This document shows positions 38,008-50,683 of a DNA stretch of 64,000 nucleotides, piece after piece (position 1 is the stretch's first letter; every line of letters starts with the position of its first letter). The notes below the pieces were generated by a model. That model was not told the origin of the DNA. It was given only the letters and a program-made list of their open reading frames with translations, and did no database searches. This DNA comes from Haliotis rufescens. Lineage: Eukaryota. The position numbers were made by a program, and so were the translations under genes. The DNA is taken from positions 2,914,001-2,978,000 of the forward strand of contig NW_025963868.1 of the NCBI RefSeq assembly GCF_023055435.1, written 5' to 3'.

Positions 38008-38205
38008 TAGCCTTGCTTCAAGGCTGTACTAAAGAATAAGTCCATGGGTGTCTAGTAATTCTATCCTATCTAGGAATCTATAAGTCAAGATAAGCAGACA
38101 GTAAGGATGCCAGTCTTATATAGAGACTTGTTCTTATTATTTACATAATCTAGACATTATTATATAAAAAGTACTTATTATTGCCTTAGAGACTCTGCAA
38201 GTCTA
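38008..38205 (-). mobile_element. Family E element
   Basis: Exact 9-bp TSD cagtttccc. Termini tagccttgc / gcaagtcta. Confidence 0.88.
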
Positions 38206-38853
38206 CAGTTTCCCATCATGTTTATAGGGTTAATGGTGGCTCTGCCAATGGTGTGAAGGGCCCATTAGCAGGACCCATCTCCCCTAAGAATGTAGCAGTA
38301 CTTGTCAGGTATGGCCAGGTTCTCCCATTGGTTGTGGTACAGAGTGGTATTTCTCATTCATTGGTAAAGTGTCTCATTTGTGTTTCGTGCAATGATAATC
38401 TCTTTGATCAATGCCCTGTGATCATTTGGATCTGAATTGATTTCACATTGATGACAGATTGAACCGATTCTTAAACGGTTCGTGATTGAGTAAACACCAC
38501 AATAATTCAACACAGGCTGATAAATGTAATGGATGTAGTCTCTTAACATATTTTCTTTGTTCTAGTGCCAGGAATAATGTCACACACACACACACCCCGC
38601 GCCACACCCCACCCCCCCACCCCCCCACCCCCACCCCCACGCATGTAGGGCAAGTTTTCTATGTCCTTGACCCACATTATGTCAGGGATGTAAGATTTGC
38701 CCAATGTTTGGACTTGGACATCCCCTCACTTCCTATAGGGAGATCCAGCAGCAGGATGTTTATTATAAACACCTCTCACTTAACTGCAGGTTATTTCCTG
38801 ACCCTATCTATCTGAGGACCTACACACACACTACATGCATGAGCCCCCCCCCC

Positions 38854-39104
38854 CCCGTGAAGATCTGGGGTAGAATAGGTCTTCAGCAACCCATGCTTGC
38901 CGTAAAAAGTGACTATAATTGTCGTAAGAGGCGACTAACGGGATCGGGTGGTCAGACTCGCTGACTTGGTTGATGCATATCATCGATCCAAATTACGTGT
39001 ATCGATGCTCATTAAGTCAATCACTGGATCGTCTGGTCAAGACTTGATTATTTACAGACCGGCGTCATATAGCTGGAATATTGCAGAGTGCAAGAACAAA
39101 CAAA
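38854..39104 (+). mobile_element. SINE family B
   Basis: Matches the consensus. Confidence 0.85.
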
Positions 39105-39606
39105 TCTTATGATTCATTGTGTTTTGTGAAATTTAATTATGATTCCAATGCCATGCTTGATTCAAGATTTAATGAATGTTTGTCATGATTCAATGTATGA
39201 TCCCAATGATTCAATGCCTGGTTCTGTGGGGATGCCAGAAAACCTGCATCATGTGATCTCCATATAAGGCAAGACCCTTTGGCCACTGCCTCTGGTGATT
39301 GTCAAGGCACTTCCAGCCATCCTCACTATTTAAGCAATGTTCATCAGTGACAAGGCTGTGAGTTACTGCTGGTGGGAGGGAGACAGCTCCACAAACACAC
39401 ACCTCCTTGCTGTAACCACCCACTGCAGGTGCCCCGTGCCCTGTTCATTTCCTGTAGGAAGTGCTAGGAGGGCAGGTACTGTACCTGCTCAGTGGCAAAC
39501 CAACACAGTGCATGGATATCTGGCAAGGGCAGTCCTACACAAGGAAACCTGTCCAACATCTTGTACACAGCAGCTTTAGACAAAACACATCTGGTCAGCC
39601 ATCACA

Positions 39607-40003
39607 GATAGACTTAATGCAGGTCTGGGCAGTCATTATAGCCGATAGACTTGATACAGGACTGATAGCTGATGGACTTAATACAGGTCTGGTCAGACTG
39701 CTGATAGACTTGATACAGGTCTGGTCAGACATTATAGCCGATAGACTTGATACAGGACTGATAGCTGATGGACTTAATACAGGTCTGGTCAGACTGCTGA
39801 TAGACTTGATACAGGTCTGGTCAGACATTATAGCCGATAGACTTGATACAGGACTGATAGCTGATGGACTTAATACAGGTCTGGTCAGACTGCTGATAGA
39901 CTTGATACAGGTCTGGTCAGACATTATAGCCGATAGACTTGATACAGGACTGATAGCTGATGGACTTAATACCGGTCTGGTCAGACCGCTGATAGACTTG
40001 ATA
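39607..40003. repeat. 96-bp higher-order tandem repeat x4, built of three related subunits
   Basis: Each subunit starts gat[a/g]gactt[g/a]atacagg; period 96. Confidence 0.92.
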
Positions 40004-41131
40004 TAGTGATGGAACATTAATCAAGAACCTTCATCAGTAATATCTACAAAATGTCAACTTCTTAATTGGACATTCAGAGTCATAACAAGATACAATCAGG
40101 TACAGGATACAGACATTGCATCCAAATTGCGTGGATCGATGCTCATAATGTCAATCACTGGATTGTCTGGTCCAGACTTGATTATTTACAGACCACCTTC
40201 ATATAGCTGGAATATTGCTGAGTGTGGCGTTAATAAACAAATAAACAAACAAACTCATCTACTGAATACAGAATGCCCAGTGGATGCCCAGTGACCATAT
40301 AAATATGCCACCATTTTTGTTCCAGTTCAGCGATCAGAGGTAAATCAATGACATTAAACGCGCAAGACTGCTAAATCTGATGCATGATAAGCTATGAGAT
40401 TGCAGCGTGTAAAACTGCTTTATTACCCGTAGGGTTAGAAATACTCAAGTTCATAAAAATTGTATGTGCACTGGTGCAAATATCACTTCTCACGGACCAT
40501 TTATTGTTTATGTCATCCTGATGTCTTTTGAATATTTTTGTGACTTAAGGTCGCAATGACGTCACGCTAGACACAACATTATTGCTGAAGCCAGTCATCA
40601 TCAGTGCATTTCTCTTAGGGGAGTTCAAAAGGATTAAGAAATAATGGGTAATAAAAAAATTATTAAACTCACATGTGTCGGCATACTGATTGAACGAAAC
40701 TTGTGAAAGAATTCATGTATTGCCCTTGCTTTCGCTCGGGAAACACAAGAACTCTGACACTCGTTTTGTAAAATCAGTATGAGACACAAGCTTGAATAAT
40801 AATCTCTATATATCACACAGGCGTAACAAGAAAATAGCCACTTTATTGCCTCCTCTTATCCACTCCCTCCAGTTGCCTCATACTCAGTGGGGAGTTATGA
40901 CCAATTATAACCCATGCTGTACATGTGATCCCCAGCAGGTTGTGTGGACTGCAGACACAGCAACGATACAACTAATATCTAATTTGTTAGTCATATCAGC
41001 AACACTGACTTGTACAGGAACTATGCTTGAAGACAGTGTATGTTGATCTAGATGATGTGTGCTGTGTTAAATTGAGACACTGTGTAACTAGAGTAATCAT
41101 TAACTGATTTATATACATTTGTCACAGATTG

Positions 41132-41388
41132 GAGTGAGTGAGTGAGTTGGGTTTAACACTGCTTGTAACAGTTTCCAGTTATATTGCGGCATGTCAGCTT
41201 AATGTGGGAGGAAAGCCTGAAGTGATGCACATGAAACACATGAGCACGGGTATGGTGCTGACAAACCTAGAAACATAATCGGGGCAAACCAGGATTCGAA
41301 CCCACAATCATAGGTTTCTGGCGTGCCCAAGGGACGCAACTCTGCACATCGAATCGCCATGCCTTAGACGACTGGCCCACCCGTGCCC
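41132..41388 (-). mobile_element. SINE family D
   Basis: TSD tgtcacagattgga. Confidence 0.88.
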
Positions 41389-41719
41389 TGTCACAGATTG
41401 GAAATTATAGCATGAATAAAACCCCTCAAAGTATCATGATGTAGTGTAGACCTGTAGTTAATCAATTTAATGCTAAATATGATCTAGGCTGATCCACGAA
41501 ATTTTTAAAATTGAATTTTCTGCCTTCTCATTGTCCATTCTAATCATGGTTATCTTATAAATGTAAACGTTTCTGGGGCAGTGAATTAGTACTTTTTGTA
41601 ACGATATTCATAAACTTGTATCGACACAGCATCAACATTCAAAAATTATTTATATCGCGACGTTCAAGGACATCCCTCTATTCATCACACAGTTGGCGTC
41701 AGTAGACACAGTGGTGTTT

Positions 41720-41883
41720 GAGTGAGTGAGTGAGGTTTTACACCGCTTTTAGCAATATTCCAGCAATATAACGGCGGGGGACACCAGAAATGGGCTTCAC
41801 ACATTATACCCATGTGGGGAATCGAACCCAGGTCTTCAGCATGACGAGCGAAAGCTTTAACCACTAGGCTACACAACCGCCCC
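41720..41883 (-). mobile_element. SINE family A
   Basis: TSD cagtggtgtttga. Confidence 0.9.
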
Positions 41884-42332
41884 AGTGGTGTTTGACATGA
41901 ACCTAAGTTGCGGGCACTGCCAATCTGTCCCAAGCCCCCATAACTGGTTACATCCTTTGATTATTTCCATATTCTTGCAGATGCATTTTCGTAACCTCCT
42001 GGCTGTTCCTACCACATGTATTAGTGAAAGAGTAAGTTGGGTTTAACACTGATGTGAATAGTATTCCAGTTTTATCACGGCGTGTCAGCTTGATGTGGCA
42101 GGAAAGCCCGAAGTGATGCAGGTCTCAGACGTTGATCACTTTGGCGAAAGCCACCAGCACAGATATGGAGCTTATTAGTGAAAGAAGATTGAATGAACCG
42201 GATCTCAAAAACTTTCAAAACTGAAAATTTCCATGAATGAATCCTTATGAAACTGTAACCTAAAAAAACATCAGTACCATTCATTTGAGATAAAAATCAA
42301 AAGGAATTGAATTCTGACTTCCAGACAGCAGA

Positions 42333-42506
42333 GGGGCAGTGGGGTAGCCTAGTGGCTAAAGCATTTGCACGTCACGCCGAAGATCCAGGTTCGATTCCCG
42401 ACAGGGGTACAATGTGTGAAGCCCATTTCTGGTGTCCCCCACCGTGATATTGCTGGAATATTGCTAAAAGTGGCGTAAAACCATACTCACTCACTCACTC
42501 ACTCAC
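42333..42506 (+). mobile_element. SINE family A
   Basis: Flanking repeat ccagacagc. Confidence 0.9.
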
Positions 42507-42804
42507 CCCAGACAGCCGATACTGACACAGCCATACATACACAACACTCAGCATTTAATGCAGGATTATTCAGGACAGATTCAAGTCAAGGTGATTAACA
42601 AGAGGCAATAAGGCCAGATATGGTGTAATTTATTCATGACAGTTCTCCCCTATCGGAGCAGCAGCTCCACTGATTAAGTGTGATGAATAGGTCTACTGTG
42701 CTAGGTGCTGGTACGGCTACTCTGCTAGAGGATGGTATCAGGGTCCAGTCAACAGCTGACTGCATGCCTGCCTCCCCACATGTCATTCTTCATCAACCCT
42801 AGCT

Positions 42805-43004
42805 TACACTTGCACAAGTCTCTGAGACAAAAAATAACAGTTTAAATCATAATTTCTAGATTATATAAGTAATCAGAACAATTGTCCCTGTAAGAGACTG
42901 GAATCCTGTCCACATATCTAGACTTGCCTATTCATGATTATAAGGATAGAATTACTATACACCCATGGACATTACCCATTCATTACAGCCTTGCAGCAAG
43001 GTTA
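42805..43004 (+). mobile_element. Family E element
   Basis: 9-bp TSD accctagct/acccttgct. Confidence 0.85.
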
Positions 43005-43136
43005 ACCCTTGCTCACTGTGTGAAGTTTTGTTGCTCAACCCTAAACTTTCCAGCTGTGTTTTGATGAACTCTAAATAATAAATCTGGGGCAGACAAACAG
43101 TGACTGATACTGTGAGCAACGATCCGTTGGGTTACA

Positions 43137-43338
43137 GTGAGTGAGTGAGTGAGTGAGTGAGTGAGTGAGTGAGTGAGTGAGTGAGTGAGTGAGGTTTTAT
43201 GCCGCTTTAAGCAATATTCCAGCAAAATATCAAGGCAAAATATCATAGGCTTCACACATTTTACCCATGTGGGGAATCGAACCCGGGTCTTCGGCGTGAC
43301 GAACGAACTCTTTAACCACTGGGCTACCCGACCGCCCC
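43137..43338 (-). mobile_element. SINE family A with an expanded (gagt)n tail
   Basis: TSD gggttaca[g/a]tga. Confidence 0.88.
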
Positions 43339-43437
43339 GGGTTACAATGACACACAATCAACCAAGTCACCGAGTCTGATCCAATGAGTAGCCTCTTGTG
43401 ACCCGCATTTTATTATTATTCTAACTCAGGGGATATA

Positions 43438-43612
43438 CAGTAAACTACGGTTATAATGAACACGCTTATAACGAACTGACCGATATAACGAACTTACTTG
43501 TTAGCCCCGGCCATGTGTTGCATATATGCTGTATATATGCTTATAACGAACTACGGTTATTACGAACTAAAATGGGGGGTCCCTTTGAGTTTGTTATAAC
43601 CGTAGTTTACTG
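43438..43612. mobile_element. Tc1/mariner-pogo(Tigger)-type MITE
   Basis: TA|CAGTAAACTACGGTTATAA ... TTATAACCGTAGTTTACTG|TA: a perfect 19-bp TIR with a TA TSD. Confidence 0.92.
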
Positions 43613-44014
43613 TACTTGATTAGAGGAAAGTTTATATTACACATTCCAATTATTCACACTAAACTAAACTGACAAGAAATAATTAAACTCTCTTCAACAT
43701 TATGGTAAAATAATTCAGAATATTATTAACTTATGAAGCATCTAAAGTAGTAATTTACTTCAGCAGTGCAAAAAATACTTCATTACAAAAAAATGAAGAC
43801 TAAAAATGTCTCAATTCCAATTTAAAAGAAACCTCCAAAATAGACAGATGGTAATGTGACCCTAAGAGTTCCAGAGTGATCACTTGCACAACCACAACAG
43901 CTGAAAGTGTTTCCACACTGTGTGTCCCTAGAAGCACCCTGGGCATGCATCTACTACACTACACTACAACACTCGAGGGGATCTACACACTGAGGGTTCA
44001 CGCTGAGATTGGTG

Positions 44015-44414
44015 TAGACTTGCACAAGTCTCTCAGGCAAGAATTATTAGTTTAAATCATAACTTCTAGATGATGTAAATAATAAGAACAAGTTGTTCCT
44101 AAAACTATGAGAGACTGGAGTCGTTCATCCACATATCTAGACTTGCTTATCAGGATAAGCCCACTACACATCCATGGACTTTTCTTTCAGTACAGCCTTG
44201 GAGCAAAGCTGAGAATGGTTTGGACTTGCACAAGTCTCTAGGGCAATAATTAATAGTTTAAATCATAACTTCTAGATGATGTAAATAATAAGAACAAGTT
44301 GTCCCTATAAGAGACTGGAGTCCTTCATCCACAAATCTAGACTTGCCTATTAGGAGGACAGGATTACTACACATCCATGGACTTTTCTTTCAGTACAGCC
44401 TTGGAGCAAGGCTA
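44015..44414 (+). mobile_element. Head-to-tail dimer of family E (44015-44211 and 44221-44414)
   Basis: The 9-bp target aga[t/a]tggt[g/t] is present left of, between and right of the two copies. Confidence 0.88.
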
Positions 44415-46231
44415 AGAATGGTGGAGTTACCCTGGCACCAAGCTCCATGCGTGACTCACCTCACGCACGCCTGACTCAGTGAAGGCAGACATTACTACCA
44501 GGCTCCTTCCCACTCTCAGCCTCCCGTCCACAATCCTGTTATGTTTTCATAATTCTCCCCCCTTGTTAACGGAGCCTCTGTGACAAGCCTGATAGAATAT
44601 TGAATCAGTTGTCACAGAAGACGTGACAAGCCGTGCCTAATGACCGACATGTTTTAATTTCAGCATCTCCATTTCTAACACGTTTCGGAATGCATCAGGA
44701 CTCATCATTGATGAAAAATCAATGGTTTTCACAGCAAACTTCACATGCAGACAAACTCCTCTATTGAAATTCACCCATAGAATTAAGATGAATTTATGGA
44801 TGATGTCATTATATCAATTATCTTGACTATGTGATGGTTAAGTGCTCTTGTCTCCCCAGATTCATCACACTGGGCAAGCCCTGAATTGGATTTTTCGCGA
44901 TGTTCTTTTTATGTCTTTGATGAAAAACAAACAAAAATAATTTTTGGACCAGAATTGGCCAGAGTCCATAGAAATAACTCAACGTAAATTTGAACAGATT
45001 GTCCATGCTCCAGTGGTTTTACTACACCAGTAGATGAGGATGTCAGGGTTGGAGGGGTACAAGAGGGTGAGGGTGAGGGTGGGGGTGGGGGTGGGGGTGG
45101 GGACAGTTAGGTGTATACAGTGTGGGGGATTAGGGTTGTGGGTGAGAGTCAGGGTGGATGACATTGGGTGATGGTGAGGGTGGGCACAGTTAGGTGTATA
45201 CAGTGTGGGGGATTAGAGTTGAGGTTGGGAGAGGTTTCGAGTGAGGGGTGAGGGGTGAGGGGTGAGGGGTGAAGGTGTTGGGCGGCGAGAGGAAGGGGGT
45301 ATACTGGTATATCAGGGGTTTATCTGGTGCTCTATTTGAGGGTGAGGTTTTAGGGGGTGGGGGTTGGGGGCACTTGGTGGCGAGTAGAGAAGGGCTATAC
45401 CAGTATATCTGGAGTCTATCAGGGACAGACGGGAGGAAAGAGTGCATGTCTCGAGAATCAGCTTTGCATCTCTTGTGTTGATCCCCCTGCCTAAACATGC
45501 AGCACATTCCTGATACACAGAATCTGCCCAATAGTATGCCGATGACACACTGAGTGCAGCAGCATGAACTGCATCAGTCAGCAGCGCAGCGTGACATTTA
45601 CACCAACACAGATCAGCTGTCTTCATTGTCTGCTGCAAGCATTGAATGTCAGATCAGGAAACATGGCAGAACTATACTATACTTGCATTAGAGACTGGTC
45701 ATATATTAGAGGGGGAAGGGGGTGTAGCTCGGTGGCCATCAAAAAAATAAATAAGGACACATTTTTCTTAATTTAAACATTATTTAATTAATGGTCATTT
45801 ATTATAGGGAGGGGGGTCATGAAAAAAATGTTATATGTATTTTTGGGGGTGAGGGCATGAACAAATTTAGACAAGAAAATGTCCTAAGACCCCCATCTCA
45901 CAGGACCAGTAAGTCACACAAATCCTGTACATTAATCCTAACTTGATTATACATATCAGCATGTCTGTATATCAACTCTCTCCAGTAATCACCTGAAATG
46001 TCACACACCAAAAAGAATTTTTTATCTATAAAAAGTTTCATGTCTTCAAGATAGTTTCTCTATATTCTAACATGCGTAGCCTAAACAGCACAGAGAGCCA
46101 TAGCTTTTAGCTGTACGGATGTACATTTTTTCTATCCTTAAAGTAGGCAAGTCCAGATATGTGGGACGCCAGTCCTTTATAGGGACAGCTTGTTCTTAAT
46201 ATTCAAATCAAGAAATAATGATATAAACTAA

Positions 46232-47063
46232 TAGGGCTTTACCTTGTCCCTTACAAACGTGGGAGTCCAGGGACCCCCAATATTTAATTTTAAGTGCCCT
46301 TGTGGGAAATATGAGGGTCCTGTAAAGAAATGAAATGGTATAAGGATGCCGTACATTTAGAATTACTGTTGGGAGACATGAAAGTTTGTATGCTGTATCT
46401 TAGATCAATCATTTGTTCATGAATGGTCCATTTAGTGACTTCATTTCCGTTATCCCAAACTGACATTGCCTTGTACGTAAGCGGTAGTGAGTGAGTGAGT
46501 GAGTTGGGTTTACCGCCGCTTTTAACAGTATTCCAGTTATATCACAGTGTGTCAGCTTAATGTGGGCGGAAAGCCCGAAGTGATGCAGGTCTCAGACATT
46601 TACCACTTCGGTGAAACCCACGACCACGGGTATAGTGCTGACAAACCTAGAAACATAATCAGGGCGAACCGGGATTCGAACCCACAATCATAGGTTTCTG
46701 GCGTGCCCAAGGGACGCAACTCTGCACAGCGAATCGCGGCGCCTTAGACAACTGGGCCACCCGTGCCCCCCACATCAGCAGTAGAATTTAACAGTTTTAG
46801 TCAACTAGTCCTGTTCCTGATAACATATAGTCAAACTCTTAGGAATGGCAAATTTCTACAAGTCCTAACCGTGCCCCTGAATTACTTTAGAGCTTGGGAT
46901 ATATCAAAGATATGAGACCCCCATAACTGTTCTTGATGCGATGAACCTGTTGTTACAATTAATATTATTGTACATCCCTTGGGAGACAGTATATTATTTT
47001 TCTGTGTCCAAACTCAACAGTTGTGCGTACTGGGCGCTAATTCGCGCATCGTGTAAAACCCTG
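46232..47063. mobile_element. hAT-like non-autonomous element inserted in a family E copy (~46077-47101, -) and carrying a captured 500-bp segment
   Basis: Termini tagggctttac / gtaaaaccctg (imperfect TIR). The two halves of E flank it. TSD not clear. Confidence 0.6.
46487..46770 (-). mobile_element. SINE family D, full length (part of the duplicated segment)
   Basis: Matches the consensus. Confidence 0.9.
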
Positions 47064-47945
47064 AAGCAATAATTATTGACTTAGAGACTTGTGCAAGTCT
47101 AAGAGAGGGAGTTTGCTGAGAGTCGTGCACTGACAGCCATATTCCTGCTGCCTGGAAAGTCTATCACAGCTTGTGCATCCCGTCCAGGTAACATGGAGAA
47201 TTCCACCCTCCACGTCTTACTCACCTACTCTCATGCTAATGTCAACACTGTTATTGTCCATAGGATAACAGCGCCATGGGTTAAGAAAAACACTGTGTAG
47301 TTTAACTGCTCCATCAGTTTTTACATCACATTTTCCTGTTTCGATCCCTACTTCATTGTCTGAGCATAGCTCCTGTCTGGTGCTCCCAAGTGTTCCCACT
47401 GAGACGTGATCAAACACTTGGATCTAACACTAAGTCAGGAAAATATTTATTACACATTTAGTTTATCTGTTAAAAAACTCAACTGCTCTCTTTTGAGGGG
47501 GGCTAGCTAGACTTAACCAATTTGTCTACTGGTTCCGAGGCCTGTAATTAAATAGAGTGCAGTCAGGGTGTAGGACTGGGGATGTCAGGCTGTATCTTGA
47601 TATCGATGTATTGGTAAATGTTTAATGTCGATGCTGTAAGAATACACGTTTCTGAATATTAACACTATATTAACATTTTACTGTCACAGAAACATTTACA
47701 TTTATCATTTGTTTAGGTTTGTTTGTTGTTTAAGGCCGGACTCAGGAATATTCCAGCTATATGTAAGAACATCTCATGACATATTTCAACTCTGTCCTGG
47801 GACTTTCAAGGGTTTGCAGTAGTCGTTACTGTACCTCAATCTTATGATCCCCTAATGTTTCAGTTAGGATCATTACAAGGACTCAGACCCAGCTGAGAAC
47901 TAATCTGTGCAAACAACAAAATTAAAGTTAGGATCAAAGTCATTA

Positions 47946-48104
47946 TAGCAGCAGGGAAACTAACATATTTAGACCACTAGTCCTCATAACTATAACTTAC
48001 AGCAAACCCTTAAAAATGGCAAATTTCTACTAGTCCTTATGATATCCATTAACGCTTGGGCAGTTTGGCAAGGACTATAGGACTAGTGCCAATTTCTAAT
48101 GCTG
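47946..48104 (-). mobile_element. Family F MITE
   Basis: Inverted match to the 8772 copy. Confidence 0.8.
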
Positions 48105-48215
48105 TTTTAGTATTTGACAACCTACCAAAAAGAAGACAAATTTTGGACTTATTGATAATTTTTCTAAGCAGTTGCTACAAAATGCTAAGCAAAATGTGTC
48201 AAACTGCTGTATATA

Positions 48216-48370
48216 CAGCGGTAGAAACTAACATTTTTAGTCCACTAGTCCTCATAATGATAAGATATAGCAAAACCCTCAAAAAGGGCAATTTCTACTA
48301 GTCCTTATGATACCTTAACTATTGGTCAGATTGGCAAGGACTACAAGACTAGTGCCAGTTTCTCATGTTG
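48216..48370 (-). mobile_element. Family F MITE
   Basis: 5-bp TSD atata. Confidence 0.85.
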
Positions 48371-48520
48371 ATATACATGACAATCCATATGATCGACATC
48401 ACATAATTGGTAAAACTTAAGACCTCAAAGAAGCATTCAGGGCCTGGGTTTGGTCAAGGTGGGGTGAGGCCATACCCCATCGTTTATACTACTAAAGGTA
48501 TTTTGAGAAACACTTGCTTA

Positions 48521-48775
48521 CACTTTTCTCATATCAATATTGGTCATACATTTTCTCATATCAATATTAGTCATACATTTTCTCATATCAATATTGGTCA
48601 TACATTTTCTCATATCAATATTGGTCACACATTTTCTCATATCAATATTGGTCAAACATTTTCTCATATCAATATTGGTCATACATTTTCTCATATCAAT
48701 ATTGGTCACACATTTTCTCATATCAATATTGGTCATACATTTTCTCATATCAATATTGGTCATACATTTTCTCAT
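48521..48775. repeat. 27-bp minisatellite (cattttctcatatcaatattggtcata), ~9 copies
   Basis: Seen directly in the sequence. Confidence 0.95.
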
Positions 48776-49562
48776 CGGCCACTTATGATACACCAAGGTA
48801 ATACAAGCAACTGATTCGTGCCAATGTGTCTGGCAGACCAAGGGGGATAACTCCTCCCACCCCATGAGCTGACATGCACACACAGTATAAGGCAGCCAGT
48901 GTGAGCAACCAGCAGCTGGCTCTGACTGACTCTGTGTTGTAGACTAACATCTAGTCTCTGAAATAAACATATTTTACAGGAAAAAACAGAAGTCAACGTT
49001 CATTAATAAAATATAACAAAATAAAGCCAAGAAACTTCATTTTCAGACCTGCCCACTATTATATATAGACTTGCATGGGCTGTATTGGGTATATTTGTTT
49101 CACCGGGTCTGTATGACAGACTATCTGTGTTGCTGTAGCTGTGCGAGAAGTCAGATATCACAGAAAACCAGCATGTTATCCCCTGTTACCTTCCTTTTAC
49201 AACACGTGTGCCTGCAAAGTAAGCGGTGTAGAGAATGTTGAAAAAATAAACATATAACCAAAAATTGTGCAAAACATTTATTCCACAACATGCTAAATTT
49301 GATATACACCATGCATGATACACAACAAAGACTGCAAGCAAATTATGAGGAAAAATTTCAAGTCTAGGACATTTATAACTGATGCAATGGATATGAATGG
49401 ACTTTGGACACTAATGCAGTGTTGAAATAGTCAGCTTGTTTGGAAACACTCCAAAGCCATTTAACCTGAGTTTCGAACACTGATGGCGGTGATGAAGATG
49501 AAGTAATGACAACACTGATAAGCTACGTCTACTACAGATGACAACAACCAGGGTAAAATAGA

Positions 49563-49878
49563 CTGAAATACTAACTTCAGCTGAACAGGAACTTCAGCAC
49601 TTTGGCTGAAATACCAATATCAGCTGAACAGGAACTTCAGCACTTTGGCTGAAATACCAATATCAGCTGAACAGGAACTTCAGCTCTTTGGCTGAAATAC
49701 CAATATCAGCTGAACAGGAACTTCAGCTCCTTGGCTGAAATACCAATATCAGCTGAACAGGAACTTCAGCTCTTTGGCTGAAATACCAATATCAGCTGAA
49801 CAGGAACTTCAGCTCTTTGGCTGAAATACCAATATCAGCTGAACAGGAACTTCAGCTCTTTGGCTGAAATACCATCAG
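49563..49878. repeat. 43-bp minisatellite (ctgaaataccaatatcagctgaacaggaacttcagctctttgg), ~7 copies
   Basis: Seen directly; lies ~160 bp into the first intron. Confidence 0.93.
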
Positions 49879-50039
49879 TTGAGCATGAACATGCGCCGTT
49901 CAGCTGAAGTCAGTGTGTGAGAATACAGCTATGCACAAGGCCAGGTTACGACAGTTCAATCCACAATGCAGGAAGTTGGTGAGCATGCAACACACTGGCA
50001 GGAAGTGAGGAATTCTGGGAGGGATACATGTACGAGTAC

Positions 50040-50155
50040 CTGAGGTCTATTAACGTCATTCGTCTTGGTCGAAGACATGGTCGCTTGCGTGGTATTTGTG
50101 GTGTGCCATAGATGTTCTGGACGTCGAACATGCTGGACGCGGGTTCCATCAACAT
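50040..50155 (-). CDS. First coding exon of an unidentified large-intron gene (MLMEPASSMFDVQNIYGTPQIPRKRPCLRPRRMTLIDL-R)
   Basis: ATG at 50155, with a second in-frame ATG at 50149 and in-frame TAG TGA upstream. Ends AG|GTACTC after 116 nt (phase 2), which completes the AGA codon with the 22008 exon. The region is CpG-rich compared with the introns. Confidence 0.7.
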
Positions 50156-50683
50156 GGGCGTTGGTCTGCACCTTCTCCTTGAAAGTAATCCACGGGATAT
50201 GACCCTGATCCAACTCGCAACAAATCCTCCTGTCTTGGACAACTGTTGATACCTTCACTAAGCCATTCAAATCCTGCGCACAGCCGTTCCACAAAAACTA
50301 GTTCTTTCAATAACACATCTCTCCTCGTTAGTCTCACTTCCTCATCTCTGTACACAAGGTATCCAATATAACGATGAGGTTCGGCAAATCAGTTATTCTG
50401 CGTCATCTTCGCCGACTTTCTTGTAGAAAGCTCGGTTATTGAGGAGTCAAAAACACGATATTCTTCCTCCTCCAACACGAATAACAATCCTTCCTTGCCA
50501 TACGGTCAAAATCAGGTTTTAGCGAAAGTGTATTCAATCAATTGAAACTTTTTGTACAAGTTGTTGGGTGGTATCAGATTGATACACATGTTAGCTGAGG
50601 CGTACGAGGAGCTGCCTCCGCCAGGGATTCCACCTCGGCCATATTGATCTATCCCACGATCCTCTATTCCTCTCTTTTAGACA
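50156..50683 (-). promoter_or_regulatory. CpG-rich putative 5' leader/promoter-proximal region with multiple uORFs
   Basis: High CpG retention compared with the introns. Seven upstream ATGs, including aatATGG at 50642 (22-aa uORF ending 50574). Possible acceptor ccattgcAG at 50685-50684. Confidence 0.4.

Noticed and set aside
40370-40812. Possible unclassified DNA element with an internal hairpin
   Set aside because: It is a single copy in the window, and neither termini nor a TSD could be defined.
41912-41945. gtcccaagccc, resembling a twister ribozyme loop
   Set aside because: The surrounding stems and downstream GGAGG elements could not be formed.
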